From Escherichia coli (GTDB lineage Bacteria > Pseudomonadota > Gammaproteobacteria > Enterobacterales > Enterobacteriaceae): 64,000 bases of DNA. Of the stretch, positions 52,180-63,920 are shown one piece after another. Under the pieces are notes generated by a model. That model saw only the letters and a program-made list of their open reading frames with translations, had not been told where the DNA came from and did no database searches. The DNA is taken from NCBI RefSeq assembly GCF_044324785.1, contig NZ_CP172127.1. One strand, written 5' to 3'. Position 1 is the stretch's first letter. The number at the start of each line of letters is the position of its first letter. The translations under genes and the position numbers were made by a program.

Positions 52180-52485
52180 TCAGGCGAGTTTTGCCTGATT
52201 GATTTGACTCAGTGGCTCATTGACATCGAAAACTTTGGCGACAACTTCCTCAACGCCGAGATTTTTCAGTCGGGCAGTATGTTTTTCCAGATAGGCTAGG
52301 GCGCTTTTTTCATCAGTGAAAAGGTAGATCCCACCGGCTTCGTGGTTCTTTTCACTTTCTGTCCATACCTTCCACAGAAAACCAGGTTCCTGATTAATCG
52401 ACTCAGCAAGCGGTTTAAGCTGCTCAGCCATTGCGTCGCCAAATGGGCCATTAAAAGCAAAATGAAGTTGTAACAAAGTTGCCAT
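52180..52485 (-). CDS. ydhR: putative monooxygenase/dimeric alpha-beta barrel protein
   Basis: 101-aa ORF. Confidence 0.82.
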
Positions 52486-52592
52486 AGCGATTCTCCTTCT
52501 GATAACGCATACGAAGACAGTGTAAATCTTTTAACGTATTGGATACAGAGAAGAAACAGAGGGAAAAACGAGAAGACCAGATTAAGAAAATC

Positions 52593-52669
52593 TGGTGCGT
52601 CCGAGTGGACTCGAACCACCGACCCCCACCATGTCAAGGTGGTGCTCTAACCAACTGAGCTACGGACGC
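52593..52669 (-). tRNA. valW: tRNA-Val (anticodon GAC), distal copy of a tandem pair
   Basis: minus-strand GCGTCCGTAGCTCAGTTGGTTAGAGCACCACCTTGACATGGTGGGGGTCGGTGGTTCGAGTCCACTCGGACGCACCA: cloverleaf, GAC anticodon, encoded CCA; valV/valW naming is by position and could be swapped. Confidence 0.9.
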
Positions 52670-52673
52670 AGGA

Positions 52674-52750
52674 TGGTGCGTTCAATTGGACTCGAACCAA
52701 CGACCCCCACCATGTCAAGGTGGTGCTCTAACCAACTGAGCTATGAACGC
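52674..52750 (-). tRNA. valV: tRNA-Val (anticodon GAC), proximal copy of a tandem pair
   Basis: minus-strand GCGTTCATAGCTCAGTTGGTTAGAGCACCACCTTGACATGGTGGGGGTCGTTGGTTCGAGTCCAATTGAACGCACCA; differs from its neighbour by compensatory changes in the acceptor and T stems. Confidence 0.9.
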
Positions 52751-53058
52751 AACGTTGTAGGTGACAACGGGGACGAATATTAGCGGCAGAGTGGGAAGGT
52801 GGCAAGAGGCAAAACGTATTTTTCTGCGGTATTTCGACCGTTTGCAGAGCTTTTAAGCAAATTGGCTATATTTTGTTGATTTGCAAGGGCGATTTTTATT
52901 CAGGATCGCATTTACATCAGATACAACCCAATAATCCGTGTATCAGAGTTTAAACAGAGTTGTTTGCCACCATCTCAAAATCTGTCGTGGATAAATCCTC
53001 CGTAGCCTTTACACTTAGGTAGCAATAAAGGCACACAGATGCAGCAAAGGAATAAATC

Positions 53059-54315
53059 ATGGGATCTGATGCGAAAAACTTGATGAGCGACGGGAACGTG
53101 CAAATTGTTAAGACCGGCGAGGTCATTGGCGCGACGCAACTTACTGAAGGTGAGTTAATTGTTGAAGCTGGCGCAAGAGCCGAAAATACCGTGGTCACGG
53201 GGGCCGGTTGGTTGAAAGTGGCAACTGGTGGGATCGCCAAATGCACACAGTATGGCAACAATGGCACGCTATCGGTCAGTGACGGTGCCATTGCCACAGA
53301 TATTGTTCAGTCAGAGGGAGGCGCAATTAGTCTCTCTACGCTCGCTACGGTTAATGGCCGCCATCCCGAAGGTGAATTTAGCGTTGATCAGGGTTATGCC
53401 TGCGGTTTGTTGCTGGAAAATGGCGGTAACCTGCGTGTACTGGAAGGCCATCGCGCGGAAAAAATTATTCTCGATCAAGAGGGTGGCCTGTTGGTCAATG
53501 GGACAACCTCAGCGGTCGTGGTAGATGAAGGTGGTGAATTGTTGGTGTATCCAGGTGGGGAAGCCAGCAATTGTGAGATTAATCAGGGCGGCGTTTTTAT
53601 GCTGGCGGGGAAAGCCAATGATACGTTGCTTGCTGGTGGCACCATGAATAATCTCGGTGGTGAAGACTCTGACACTATTGTTGAGAATGGAGCCATCTAT
53701 CGTCTGGGTACGGATGGTCTTCAGCTCTACAGTTCCGGTAAGACGCAAAACTTGTCCGTTAATGTAGGTGGTCGGGCTGAAGTGCATGCTGGTACGCTGG
53801 AAAACGCGGTAATACAAGGTGGGACAGTGATCTTGTTGTCACCCACCAGCGCGGACGAAAATTTTGTCGTAGAGGAAGATCGCGCACCGGTTGAACTGAC
53901 CGGTAGTGTTGCATTACTGGACGGCGCTTCAATGATTATTGGCTATGGCGCAGATCTGCAACAATCAACGATTACTGTACAGCAGGGCGGTGTGTTGATT
54001 CTCGACGGCAGTACGGTAAAAGGTGACAGTGTCACTTTCAGTGTTGGTAACATCAATCTCAATGGCGGAAAACTGTGGCTGATCACTGATGCGGCAACGC
54101 AGGTGCATCTGAAAGTGAAACGCCTGCGTGGAGAGGGAGCCATTTGCCTGCAAACCAGTGCGAAAGAAATTTCATCTGACTTCATCAATGTGAAAGGGGA
54201 AGTTACCGGTGATATACACGTTGAGATAACAGATGCCAGTCGGCAAACTCTGTGTAACGCACTGAAACTACAGCCAGACGAAGACGGGATTGGCGCAACG
54301 CTCCAGCCTGCGTAA
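53059..54315 (+). CDS. ydhQ: autotransporter-passenger-like (AIDA/pertactin-type beta-helix) protein with no recognisable beta-barrel domain
   Basis: 418-aa ORF rich in G/N/T/V with repetitive GG...V segments; no obvious N-terminal signal peptide. Confidence 0.8.
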   Translation: MGSDAKNLMSDGNVQIVKTGEVIGATQLTEGELIVEAGARAENTVVTGAGWLKVATGGIAKCTQYGNNGTLSVSDGAIATDIVQSEGGAISLSTLATVNGRHPEGEFSVDQGYACGLLLENGGNLRVLEGHRAEKIILDQEGGLLVNGTTSAVVVDEGGELLVYPGGEASNCEINQGGVFMLAGKANDTLLAGGTMNNLGGEDSDTIVENGAIYRLGTDGLQLYSSGKTQNLSVNVGGRAEVHAGTLENAVIQGGTVILLSPTSADENFVVEEDRAPVELTGSVALLDGASMIIGYGADLQQSTITVQQGGVLILDGSTVKGDSVTFSVGNINLNGGKLWLITDAATQVHLKVKRLRGEGAICLQTSAKEISSDFINVKGEVTGDIHVEITDASRQTLCNALKLQPDEDGIGATLQPA

Positions 54316-54354
54316 AAACACAGGCGCAACCCGTTAAGGTTGCGCCTTGTCTTT
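54314..54354. terminator. bidirectional terminator between convergent ydhQ and mdtK (AGGCGCAACC-loop-GGTTGCGCCT)
   Basis: perfect 10-bp stem flanked by an A-run and a T-rich run. Confidence 0.8.
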
Positions 54355-54355
54355 A

Positions 54356-55750
<1,395 letters not shown>

Positions 55751-55943
55751 TTATATGAGAGACTAAAAAGCCGCCTGAATGGGCAGCAAAAAGAAGAAGC
55801 AGGGGAAATTCAGTCTATTGTAGCGAGGATTTATTAATTCTCCAGTGAAAAAATAGCCATTCTTACCCCTTCACTGGTAAGGGCGTTTTCCACCTGCTAT
55901 TGTGCTGAACAGAATGTCTTAACTGATTTCAGGAGTTGTAAGT

Positions 55944-56585
55944 ATGTTTACGGGGATTGTACAGGGCACCGCAAAACTGGTGTCGATTGACGAGAAACCA
56001 AATTTTCGCACGCATGTGGTGGAGTTACCCGACCACATGCTGGACGGCCTGGAAACCGGTGCGTCCGTGGCGCATAACGGTTGCTGCCTGACCGTAACGG
56101 AAATTAACGGCAACCATGTCAGTTTTGACCTGATGAAAGAAACGTTACGCATTACCAATCTTGGCGATTTAAAAGTGGGGGATTGGGTAAACGTTGAGCG
56201 TGCGGCGAAATTCAGCGATGAAATTGGCGGACACTTAATGTCAGGTCATATTATGACCACCGCTGAAGTGGCGAAAATATTAACCTCGGAAAATAATCGC
56301 CAGATCTGGTTTAAAGTCCAGGATAGTCAGTTGATGAAATATATTCTGTACAAAGGATTTATTGGCATCGACGGTATTAGCCTGACCGTCGGCGAAGTCA
56401 CGCCAACGCGTTTTTGCGTCCATTTAATTCCGGAAACACTGGAACGCACGACTCTTGGGAAGAAAAAACTTGGCGCACGCGTCAACATTGAAATCGATCC
56501 ACAAACTCAGGCAGTGGTAGATACGGTAGAACGAGTGCTGGCGGCACGAGAAAATGCCATGAATCAACCAGGTACAGAAGCCTGA
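55944..56585 (+). CDS. ribC: riboflavin synthase (alpha subunit)
   Basis: 213-aa [24 protein letters not shown] with internal lumazine-binding repeat (two MFTGIV/GHIMTTA-like halves). Confidence 0.93.
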   Translation: MFTGIVQGTAKLVSIDEKPNFRTHVVELPDHMLDGLETGASVAHNGCCLTVTEINGNHVSFDLMKETLRITNLGDLKVGDWVNVERAAKFSDEIGGHLMSGHIMTTAEVAKILTSENNRQIWFKVQDSQLMKYILYKGFIGIDGISLTVGEVTPTRFCVHLIPETLERTTLGKKKLGARVNIEIDPQTQAVVDTVERVLAARENAMNQPGTEA

Positions 56586-56624
56586 TCTGAAATCGCCCCC
56601 GGAGAGGGGGCGATAGAATAGCCT

Positions 56625-57773
56625 TTAGCGAGCCACTCGAAGGCCGTTTTCAACACCGCGTGAGAACACGACCTGCCAGAGCTGAATATCACGGGCGCGG
56701 AAAGCACCTGCACAGGCATTCAGATAATAGGTAAACATCCGTTTAAAGCGTTCACTGTAGTTATCCGCAATTTCTGGCCATGCGGCGAGGAATCGTTCAT
56801 ACCACGCCATCAACGTAGTATCGTAATCAGCACCGAAGTTATGCCAGTCTTCCATCACAAAGTGGGGTTCGCTGGACTGAGCAATCTGGCGTACAGAGGG
56901 CAGGCAACCGTTCGGGAAAATATATTTATTAATCCAGGGATCAACATTCAGATCGGTTTTTTTCGAACCGATAGTATGGAGCAGGAATATGCCTTCCGGT
57001 TTCAAATTACGATCCACCACCGCAAAATAGGTATCGTAATTTTTCGGTCCGACGTGCTCGAACATCCCCACAGAAACAATACGATCAAACTGGTCGTTCA
57101 GGTCACGATAATCTTGCAGCAAAATGGTGACATCCAGGCCTTCACAGCGTTCCTGAGCCATTTTTTGCTGTTCGGCAGAAATGGTGACGCCCACCACGCT
57201 TACGTCATAGTTAGATGCCATGTAGTGTGCCAGTCCGCCCCAGCCGCAGCCAATATCCAGTACGCGCATCCCTGGTTTTAACTGCAATTTTTCACAAATC
57301 ATTTTGAGCTTCGCCTGCTGGGCAGATTCCAGATTATCGGCATCTTTCCAGTAAGCGCAGGAATATTGCATGAAGGGATCAAGCATGCGGCTGAACAAGT
57401 CATTACCCAAATCGTAATGCTCTTTGCCGACTATCCAGGCACGTTTTTTACTCTGAAGATTGAAGAGACGAGCGCCAGCAATACGCAGCGTGTCTTTGAA
57501 ATGATGGGGGAGTTGGTTCTCGAGACCTGCGCGTAAGACTTTGCTAAAAAACATATCCAGTCGGTCACATTCCCACCAGCCATCCATATAACTTTCGCCT
57601 AACCCCAAAGAGCCTTCCTGCAGAACGCGTTTAAAAAAATCGGGGTTTTTCACACGAATATCCGCCGGGGCAGAACCGTTAATGGCTATACCGGCACGGC
57701 TAAGTAATTCGTTGGCGATACGGTACCAGTTGTCATCCGGTACACTGACTTCTTCTATACACGATGAACTCAT
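56625..57773 (-). CDS. cfa: cyclopropane-fatty-acyl-phospholipid synthase
   Basis: 382-aa ORF with SAM-binding motif VLDIGCGWGG. Confidence 0.95.
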   Translation of the reverse strand: MSSSCIEEVSVPDDNWYRIANELLSRAGIAINGSAPADIRVKNPDFFKRVLQEGSLGLGESYMDGWWECDRLDMFFSKVLRAGLENQLPHHFKDTLRIAGARLFNLQSKKRAWIVGKEHYDLGNDLFSRMLDPFMQYSCAYWKDADNLESAQQAKLKMICEKLQLKPGMRVLDIGCGWGGLAHYMASNYDVSVVGVTISAEQQKMAQERCEGLDVTILLQDYRDLNDQFDRIVSVGMFEHVGPKNYDTYFAVVDRNLKPEGIFLLHTIGSKKTDLNVDPWINKYIFPNGCLPSVRQIAQSSEPHFVMEDWHNFGADYDTTLMAWYERFLAAWPEIADNYSERFKRMFTYYLNACAGAFRARDIQLWQVVFSRGVENGLRVAR

Positions 57774-58064
57774 AGTTTCTCCATCACTGGTCGGTGATCA
57801 GAACCTTAAAACAGCGTAGACGCTTTTTGGGCTTTGTGAGAAATCTCGCAGAAAAAACCGCGAGTCTATAATCCGACGTAGAACAGAGGGAAAGGAGGAA
57901 CCCTTGCCGAAATGACCATCCATAGTGAGTCGGGAACGATCCTGTCCCCGTAAAAACATAATATTTATCGTAGCTTTAACAACTCGAAATTAGTATAGGC
58001 CGCTAATTTCAATCATACAACAAAATTTTGTTAGCAGCCTAAGTATAAGTGTATCGATATAGAT

Positions 58065-59276
58065 TCAGTGTGATTCGCTATGAGCGACTTCGGCATTGCC
58101 ATGATTCTGGCAGTCAACTTCTTCACAACGTTGCATCATGTAACCCAGAGCGACCAGCACTACTGTTGATAACATCACGCTGGTGGTGGTGAGCAATGGC
58201 GTGCTGATACTGATAAGCCAGGAAACTACCAGACTTGCGAGGAAGCACAGACCCAGTTGTAGAGTGTTCTGCAACGCTGCGGCGCGACCAGTTGCATGTG
58301 GGAAGGGACGCAGCGCCTGGGCGACAACAATCGGGTAGATTGCGCCGTTGGCAATCGCCATCACACAGAATGGGATCAGGATTTCGATAAGCGACACATG
58401 GCTAATGAAGCCCGCAGCCCAGGTCGCAATGACGCTGACAGCAAACAGTACCAGCAACCACGGTAATAACTGCTTGCCTTGCCATTTCTGCAGTGCGGCG
58501 CGACAGCCATAACCACCAATCAGAAACGCGATAGTTTGCGGGACATAACTTAAACCAATAACTGCCGGGCTGTAGCCCATTTCACTAAGGATGAACGGTG
58601 AGCCGGTCAGCCATGCAAAAAAACTGGCTGAACAGGCCGCATATATCAGCACGTTGCCGCGATAGGTTTTAGAACGTAGCAGGTCGGTAAAGGTCAGACC
58701 ATCCTGACTATTGTTACGGGCCTTCGTCGTGGGTTTGAGCCAGAAAATAGGCAGAATCAGCACCACGGTAATGGCAAACAGGGTGGCGAATATCGCCTGC
58801 CAGGAAAAATGGACCAGCAGCCAGCTTCCTAACAGAGGAGCCAGTGCCGGAGATAGACCCACCAGCGGCATGATGGTCGCAAAAATACGGTTAACTTTCT
58901 GTGAAGGATAATAATCCGTCACTAACGCTTGCCAGATAACCGCCGCGGCGCAGACACCCACAGCCTGTACAAAACGCAATACCAGCAGCGTAGCGGCGTT
59001 TTCTACCCACAGCATCCCCAGACTACCTAACGCAAAAATTGTCAGGCCGATTAATAATACCGGTTTACGACCATAACGGTCGGAGAGCGGCCCCCACAGA
59101 AGCTGGGCTGCGGCAAAACCGGCAAGGAACAGACTAAGGCTGGCACTGACAGCAGACGCAGGCGTTTGCAGGTCGGCCTGTATGGCGGCGAAAGCAGGCA
59201 GATACATATCGGTTGCCAGAAAACCGAGTACGCTCAAACCCGCCAGCCAGACTAAAAATCTTTTCCCAGGTTGCAT
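58065..59276 (-). CDS. punC: MFS transporter (purine nucleoside uptake PunC/YdhC)
   Basis: 403-aa 12-TMS ORF, Bcr/CflA subfamily. Confidence 0.88.
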   Translation of the reverse strand: MQPGKRFLVWLAGLSVLGFLATDMYLPAFAAIQADLQTPASAVSASLSLFLAGFAAAQLLWGPLSDRYGRKPVLLIGLTIFALGSLGMLWVENAATLLVLRFVQAVGVCAAAVIWQALVTDYYPSQKVNRIFATIMPLVGLSPALAPLLGSWLLVHFSWQAIFATLFAITVVLILPIFWLKPTTKARNNSQDGLTFTDLLRSKTYRGNVLIYAACSASFFAWLTGSPFILSEMGYSPAVIGLSYVPQTIAFLIGGYGCRAALQKWQGKQLLPWLLVLFAVSVIATWAAGFISHVSLIEILIPFCVMAIANGAIYPIVVAQALRPFPHATGRAAALQNTLQLGLCFLASLVVSWLISISTPLLTTTSVMLSTVVLVALGYMMQRCEEVDCQNHGNAEVAHSESH

Positions 59277-59388
59277 GTATATTCTCTAAATCTCTCAATT
59301 AAACACCGCCGCAAAGTGTAGGGAGTGAAATTAGTGTTGTGAAACGGTAATATTTGATGACTGGTTTCAAAAATTTTGCAGGCAGACT

Positions 59389-60321
59389 ATGTGGTCAGAA
59401 TATTCACTCGAAGTTGTTGATGCGGTAGCGCGTAATGGTAGTTTTAGCGCTGCGGCACAGGAGTTGCATCGCGTTCCTTCTGCGGTCAGCTATACCGTGC
59501 GTCAGCTGGAAGAGTGGCTGGCGGTGCCGCTGTTTGAACGACGTCACCGTGATGTGGAACTGACCGCTGCCGGGGCGTGGTTTCTCAAAGAAGGGCGCTC
59601 TGTTGTCAAAAAAATGCAGATCACCCGCCAGCAATGTCAGCAGATAGCGAACGGCTGGCGCGGTCAGTTAGCTATCGCAGTGGATAATATTGTCAGGCCA
59701 GAACGTACACGGCAGATGATCGTTGATTTTTATCGCCATTTTGATGATGTCGAACTTCTTGTCTTTCAGGAAGTGTTCAACGGTGTCTGGGATGCGCTTT
59801 CCGACGGGCGCGTGGAACTGGCGATTGGCGCAACACGCGCGATTCCGGTAGGCGGTCGTTATGCCTTCCGCGATATGGGGATGCTAAGCTGGAGTTGCGT
59901 TGTTGCCAGTCACCACCCGCTGGCGTTGATGGATGGCCCGTTCAGCGATGATACGTTGCGCAACTGGCCGTCGTTGGTGCGCGAAGACACCTCGCGAACG
60001 CTACCTAAACGTATTACCTGGTTGCTGGATAACCAAAAAAGACTTGTCGTGCCTGACTGGGAATCATCGGCAACCTGTATCTCGGCAGGATTATGCATAG
60101 GGATGGTGCCAACACATTTCGCCAAACCGTGGCTTAATGAGGGTAAGTGGGTAGCACTAGAACTGGAAAACCCCTTCCCGGATTCGGCATGTTGTCTGAC
60201 ATGGCAGCAAAATGATATGTCGCCTGCGTTAACCTGGTTGCTTGAGTATCTCGGCGATAGTGAGACGCTGAATAAGGAGTGGCTGCGGGAGCCGGAAGAG
60301 ACTCCCGCAACGGGTGATTAA
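59389..60321 (+). CDS. punR: LysR-family transcriptional regulator (PunR/YdhB)
   Basis: 310-aa ORF with N-terminal LysR HTH; divergent from punC. Confidence 0.88.
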
Positions 60322-61343
60322 CGACGATAGTCGCGGAACGGGCCGTCAGCCACGGAGCGGCGTTCAATCAACCGCGGATGCACTTCAATGGATTGCGGTT
60401 CTTCGCGTTTATTGACGATACGATCCAACAGCATGTTGAACGCCGTTTCGCCCAGCGAATCTTTTGGCTGATGGATCGTGGTCAGCGCCGGCGTAAAATA
60501 GCGGGCGTTGCGCACGTTATCATAACCGATCAGCGAAACATCCTGCGGGACGCGCAGACCCATTTCATCAGCAGCACAAAGTGCGCCCATTGCCATGATA
60601 TCGCCACCACAGAAGACGGCAGTAGGGCGATGCGGCTGCGACAGGATTTGCTGCATGGCGCGATAACCAGATTCGGGTTCAAAGTCACCCTGCACAATCC
60701 AGCTTTCCGGCACCTTGATCATCGCTTCTTCCATCGCCTTCATAAAACCGGCAAGGCGGCCTGCGCCGGTGTTACGTTCCAGCGGGCCGGGGATAACGCC
60801 GATTTCGCGGTGACCGCGTTCTATCAGATAACGCCCGGCCATGTAACCGCCTTCGAACGCGTTATCAATGACCGCATCGGTGAAGTCAGCTTTTGCTTCA
60901 CCCCAGTCCATCACCACCATTGGGATATGGCGATACTCTTCCAGCATCGCCAGCAACGGCTCTGGGTACTCAGAACACATCACCAGCAGACCATCGACGC
61001 GTTTTTGCGCCATCATCGACAGATAAGCCCGCTGTTTCTCAAGATTGTTCCACGCATTGCCCAGAATCAGGGTGTAACCTTTCTGGAAGCAATTTTTTTC
61101 AACCGCTTCAATGATCTCGGCAAAATAGGCCGCTTCGCTGCTGGTCGCCAGCAAACCGATAGACTTGGTGTGGTTAACCTTCAGACTACGCGCCACCGCG
61201 CTAGGGGAGTAGTGTAATTCTTTGATCGCTGCCCACACGGCGTTGCGCGTTTCTTCAGCGACGAAACGTGTTTTGTTGATCACGTGTGACACAGTTGTAG
61301 TGGAAACGTTTGCTCGTTTCGCTACATCTTTTATTGTTGCCAT
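60318..61343 (-). CDS. purR: purine repressor (LacI family)
   Basis: 341-aa [58 protein letters not shown]. Confidence 0.97.
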
Positions 61344-61387
61344 TCCATTTCACTCCAGACCCTAACTTCAGCTCCTGCAAAATCGCA

Positions 61388-61403
61388 AGGTAAACGTTTG
61401 CCT
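61388..61403 (-). promoter_or_regulatory. PUR-box-like operator in the purR leader (AGGCAAACGTTTACCT on the minus strand)
   Basis: AAACGTTT-centred palindrome about 45-60 nt upstream of the purR ATG; purR is autoregulated through operators in its leader. Confidence 0.55.
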
Positions 61404-61641
61404 TTACACACCTTACGCACAACAAAAGTGTTGCGGTACGCCGGAAAAACGACACGGAGCGTCAGGAAGGGGTCAATGGCCAGTACGCAAATAGTGTAAG
61501 CGTGGAATTTTGGCCGATCTTGACGAAAAGGGGAAGTGGTAAAAACACTTATCATTATAAATGACGGGAGATTTTTTCATCACAGTGTGTAAAAATGCGT
61601 AATATCACTTTTTGTGTGGTAATAAAAAAGGAGAAAACTTG

Positions 61642-61731
61642 ATGAGCACCGACCTTAAATTTTCACTGGTAACAACGATTATCGTCCTCGGTTTGATCGT
61701 GGCCGTGGGTTTGACAGCCGCGCTGCACTGA
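61642..61731 (+). CDS. ynhF: 29-aa single-TM small membrane protein
   Basis: ATG AGC ACC GAC ... CTG CAC TGA gives MSTDLKFSLVTTIIVLGLIVAVGLTAALH; GGAG Shine-Dalgarno 8 nt upstream; not in the ORF track because it is under 60 aa. Confidence 0.7.
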   Translation: MSTDLKFSLVTTIIVLGLIVAVGLTAALH

Positions 61732-61896
61732 TTTCCTCTCGAGGGAGCGCGTTCTCCCTCGCATCTCCTTCCTGTTTGTTAGCAAAATGGCAAAAGTGTT
61801 TTCTCTTTTTGTTATTTTCATTTTTTTGTGATTGCTGTCATGCTTTCGCCACTTTAATGAATATCGCGTAATGACGCGAAGAGGTGGAGATAAGGC

Positions 61897-63066
61897 ATGA
61901 AAATTAACTATCCGTTGCTGGCGCTGGCGATTGGCGCGTTTGGTATTGGGACAACGGAGTTCTCGCCAATGGGCTTATTGCCCGTCATTGCGCGCGGTGT
62001 GGATGTCTCGATTCCCGTTGCCGGAATGTTAATCAGTGCCTATGCAGTTGGCGTAATGGTTGGCGCGCCGCTGATGACGCTTCTACTTTCTCATCGTGCT
62101 CGTCGCAGTGCGTTGATTTTCCTGATGGCGATTTTCACGCTCGGCAACGTACTTTCCGCCATCGCGCCGGATTATATGACTCTGATGCTTTCACGCATTT
62201 TGACCAGCCTGAATCACGGAGCATTTTTTGGTTTGGGTTCAGTTGTGGCCGCAAGCGTGGTGCCAAAACATAAACAGGCCAGCGCAGTTGCCACTATGTT
62301 TATGGGGTTGACCCTGGCAAATATCGGTGGCGTGCCGGCGGCGACCTGGTTGGGTGAAACCATCGGCTGGCGGATGTCATTTCTGGCAACGGCGGGGCTG
62401 GGCGTGATTTCAATGGTAAGTCTGTTCTTCTCATTACCTAAAGGTGGCGCAGGGGCGCGACCTGAAGTGAAAAAAGAGCTGGCGGTATTAATGCGTCCGC
62501 AGGTGCTGTCTGCATTGCTGACGACGGTACTGGGAGCTGGTTCAATGTTTACCCTCTACACCTATATCTCTCCGGTACTGCAAAGTATTACCCACGCAAC
62601 GCCGGTGTTCGTTACGGCAATGCTGGTGCTGATTGGTGTCGGATTCTCTATCGGTAACTATCTCGGCGGCAAACTGGCAGATCGTTCAGTTAACGGCACG
62701 TTGAAAGGCTTTTTGTTGCTGCTGATGGTGATTATGCTGGCAATCCCGTTCCTGGCCCGCAATGAGTTCGGCGCAGCTATTAGCATGGTGGTGTGGGGAG
62801 CTGCAACCTTTGCGGTCGTACCGCCGTTACAGATGCGCGTGATGCGTGTCGCCAGTGAAGCGCCAGGTCTGTCTTCATCAGTCAATATTGGTGCCTTTAA
62901 TCTTGGAAATGCGCTGGGAGCAGCTGCTGGTGGTGCGGTAATTTCCGCTGGGCTGGGATACAGCTTTGTGCCGGTGATGGGGGCGATTGTCGCGGGACTG
63001 GCATTATTGCTGGTGTTTATGTCAGCCAGAAAACAACCTGAGGCAGTTTGCGTTGCCAACAGCTAA
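61897..63066 (+). CDS. ydhP: MFS transporter
   Basis: 389-aa 12-TMS ORF. Confidence 0.88.
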   Translation: MKINYPLLALAIGAFGIGTTEFSPMGLLPVIARGVDVSIPVAGMLISAYAVGVMVGAPLMTLLLSHRARRSALIFLMAIFTLGNVLSAIAPDYMTLMLSRILTSLNHGAFFGLGSVVAASVVPKHKQASAVATMFMGLTLANIGGVPAATWLGETIGWRMSFLATAGLGVISMVSLFFSLPKGGAGARPEVKKELAVLMRPQVLSALLTTVLGAGSMFTLYTYISPVLQSITHATPVFVTAMLVLIGVGFSIGNYLGGKLADRSVNGTLKGFLLLLMVIMLAIPFLARNEFGAAISMVVWGAATFAVVPPLQMRVMRVASEAPGLSSSVNIGAFNLGNALGAAAGGAVISAGLGYSFVPVMGAIVAGLALLLVFMSARKQPEAVCVANS

Positions 63067-63070
63067 TTAA

Positions 63071-63103
63071 ACAAAAACGCAGAAGGATAACCTTCTGCGT
63101 TAC
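63071..63103. terminator. bidirectional terminator between convergent ydhP and sodB (AACGCAGAAGG-ataa-CCTTCTGCGTT)
   Basis: perfect 11-bp stem with A-rich 5' flank, seen in sequence. Confidence 0.75.
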
Positions 63104-63211
63104 AGTTGCTGGCAACGTGCGATTTATCTTGCCGGATGCGGTGTTAACGCTTCATCCGAGTTGGCATGGTAAGCGAAGCGCATCAGGCAATGTTGCATTT
63201 GCCATCAGTTA

Positions 63212-63793
63212 TTATGCAGCGAGATTTTTTGCTACGAATTCCCAGTTCACCAGCGCCCAGAAGTGCTCCAGATAGCCAGGACGTGCATTGCGATAGTCGA
63301 TGTAATAAGCGTGTTCCCAGACATCAACGGTCAGCAGCGGAGTTGCATCGGTGGTCAGCGGAGTACCCGCGTTAGAGGTTGAAACGATAGCCAGTTTGCC
63401 ATCGCTGTTTTTCACCAGCCAGGTCCAGCCAGAACCAAAGTTTTTGATCGCTGCATCAGTAAACTGAGCTTTGAAATCGGCAAAGCTGCCAAAAGATGCG
63501 GCGATAGCTTCAGCGACTTTTCCAGTCGGTTCGCCACCCGCGTTCGGTGCCAGGCAGTTCCAGTAGAAAGTATGGTTCCAGACCTGAGCTGCGTTGTTGA
63601 ATACGCCACCTTCAGAGCTGCGAATAATCTCTTCCAGTGATTTACCTTCAAACGCGGTACCTTTAATCAGGTTGTTCAGGTTAGTGACATAAGTCTGATG
63701 ATGCTTGCCATAGTGATACTCGATGGTTTCCGCAGAAATGTGCGGTGCCAGAGCATCTTTAGCATATGGTAGTGCAGGTAATTCGAATGACAT
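63212..63793 (-). CDS. sodB: superoxide dismutase [Fe]
   Basis: 193-aa [43 protein letters not shown]. Confidence 0.98.
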   Translation of the reverse strand: MSFELPALPYAKDALAPHISAETIEYHYGKHHQTYVTNLNNLIKGTAFEGKSLEEIIRSSEGGVFNNAAQVWNHTFYWNCLAPNAGGEPTGKVAEAIAASFGSFADFKAQFTDAAIKNFGSGWTWLVKNSDGKLAIVSTSNAGTPLTTDATPLLTVDVWEHAYYIDYRNARPGYLEHFWALVNWEFVAKNLAA

Positions 63794-63920
63794 TGCTACT
63801 CTCCTTTATTATTAATTTGCATACGTACAATAGCCTTATTGTGCGTATGGATAGGGTAGCAAATTAAAAGGTGAGACAAAAGATGAACTTACCCTGTTGC
63901 CGTAACAACAGGGTAAAGTT

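Noticed and set aside
60378-61217. 279-aa plus-strand ORF inside purR
   Set aside because: Antisense to purR; His/Arg-rich translation typical of reverse-frame artefacts.
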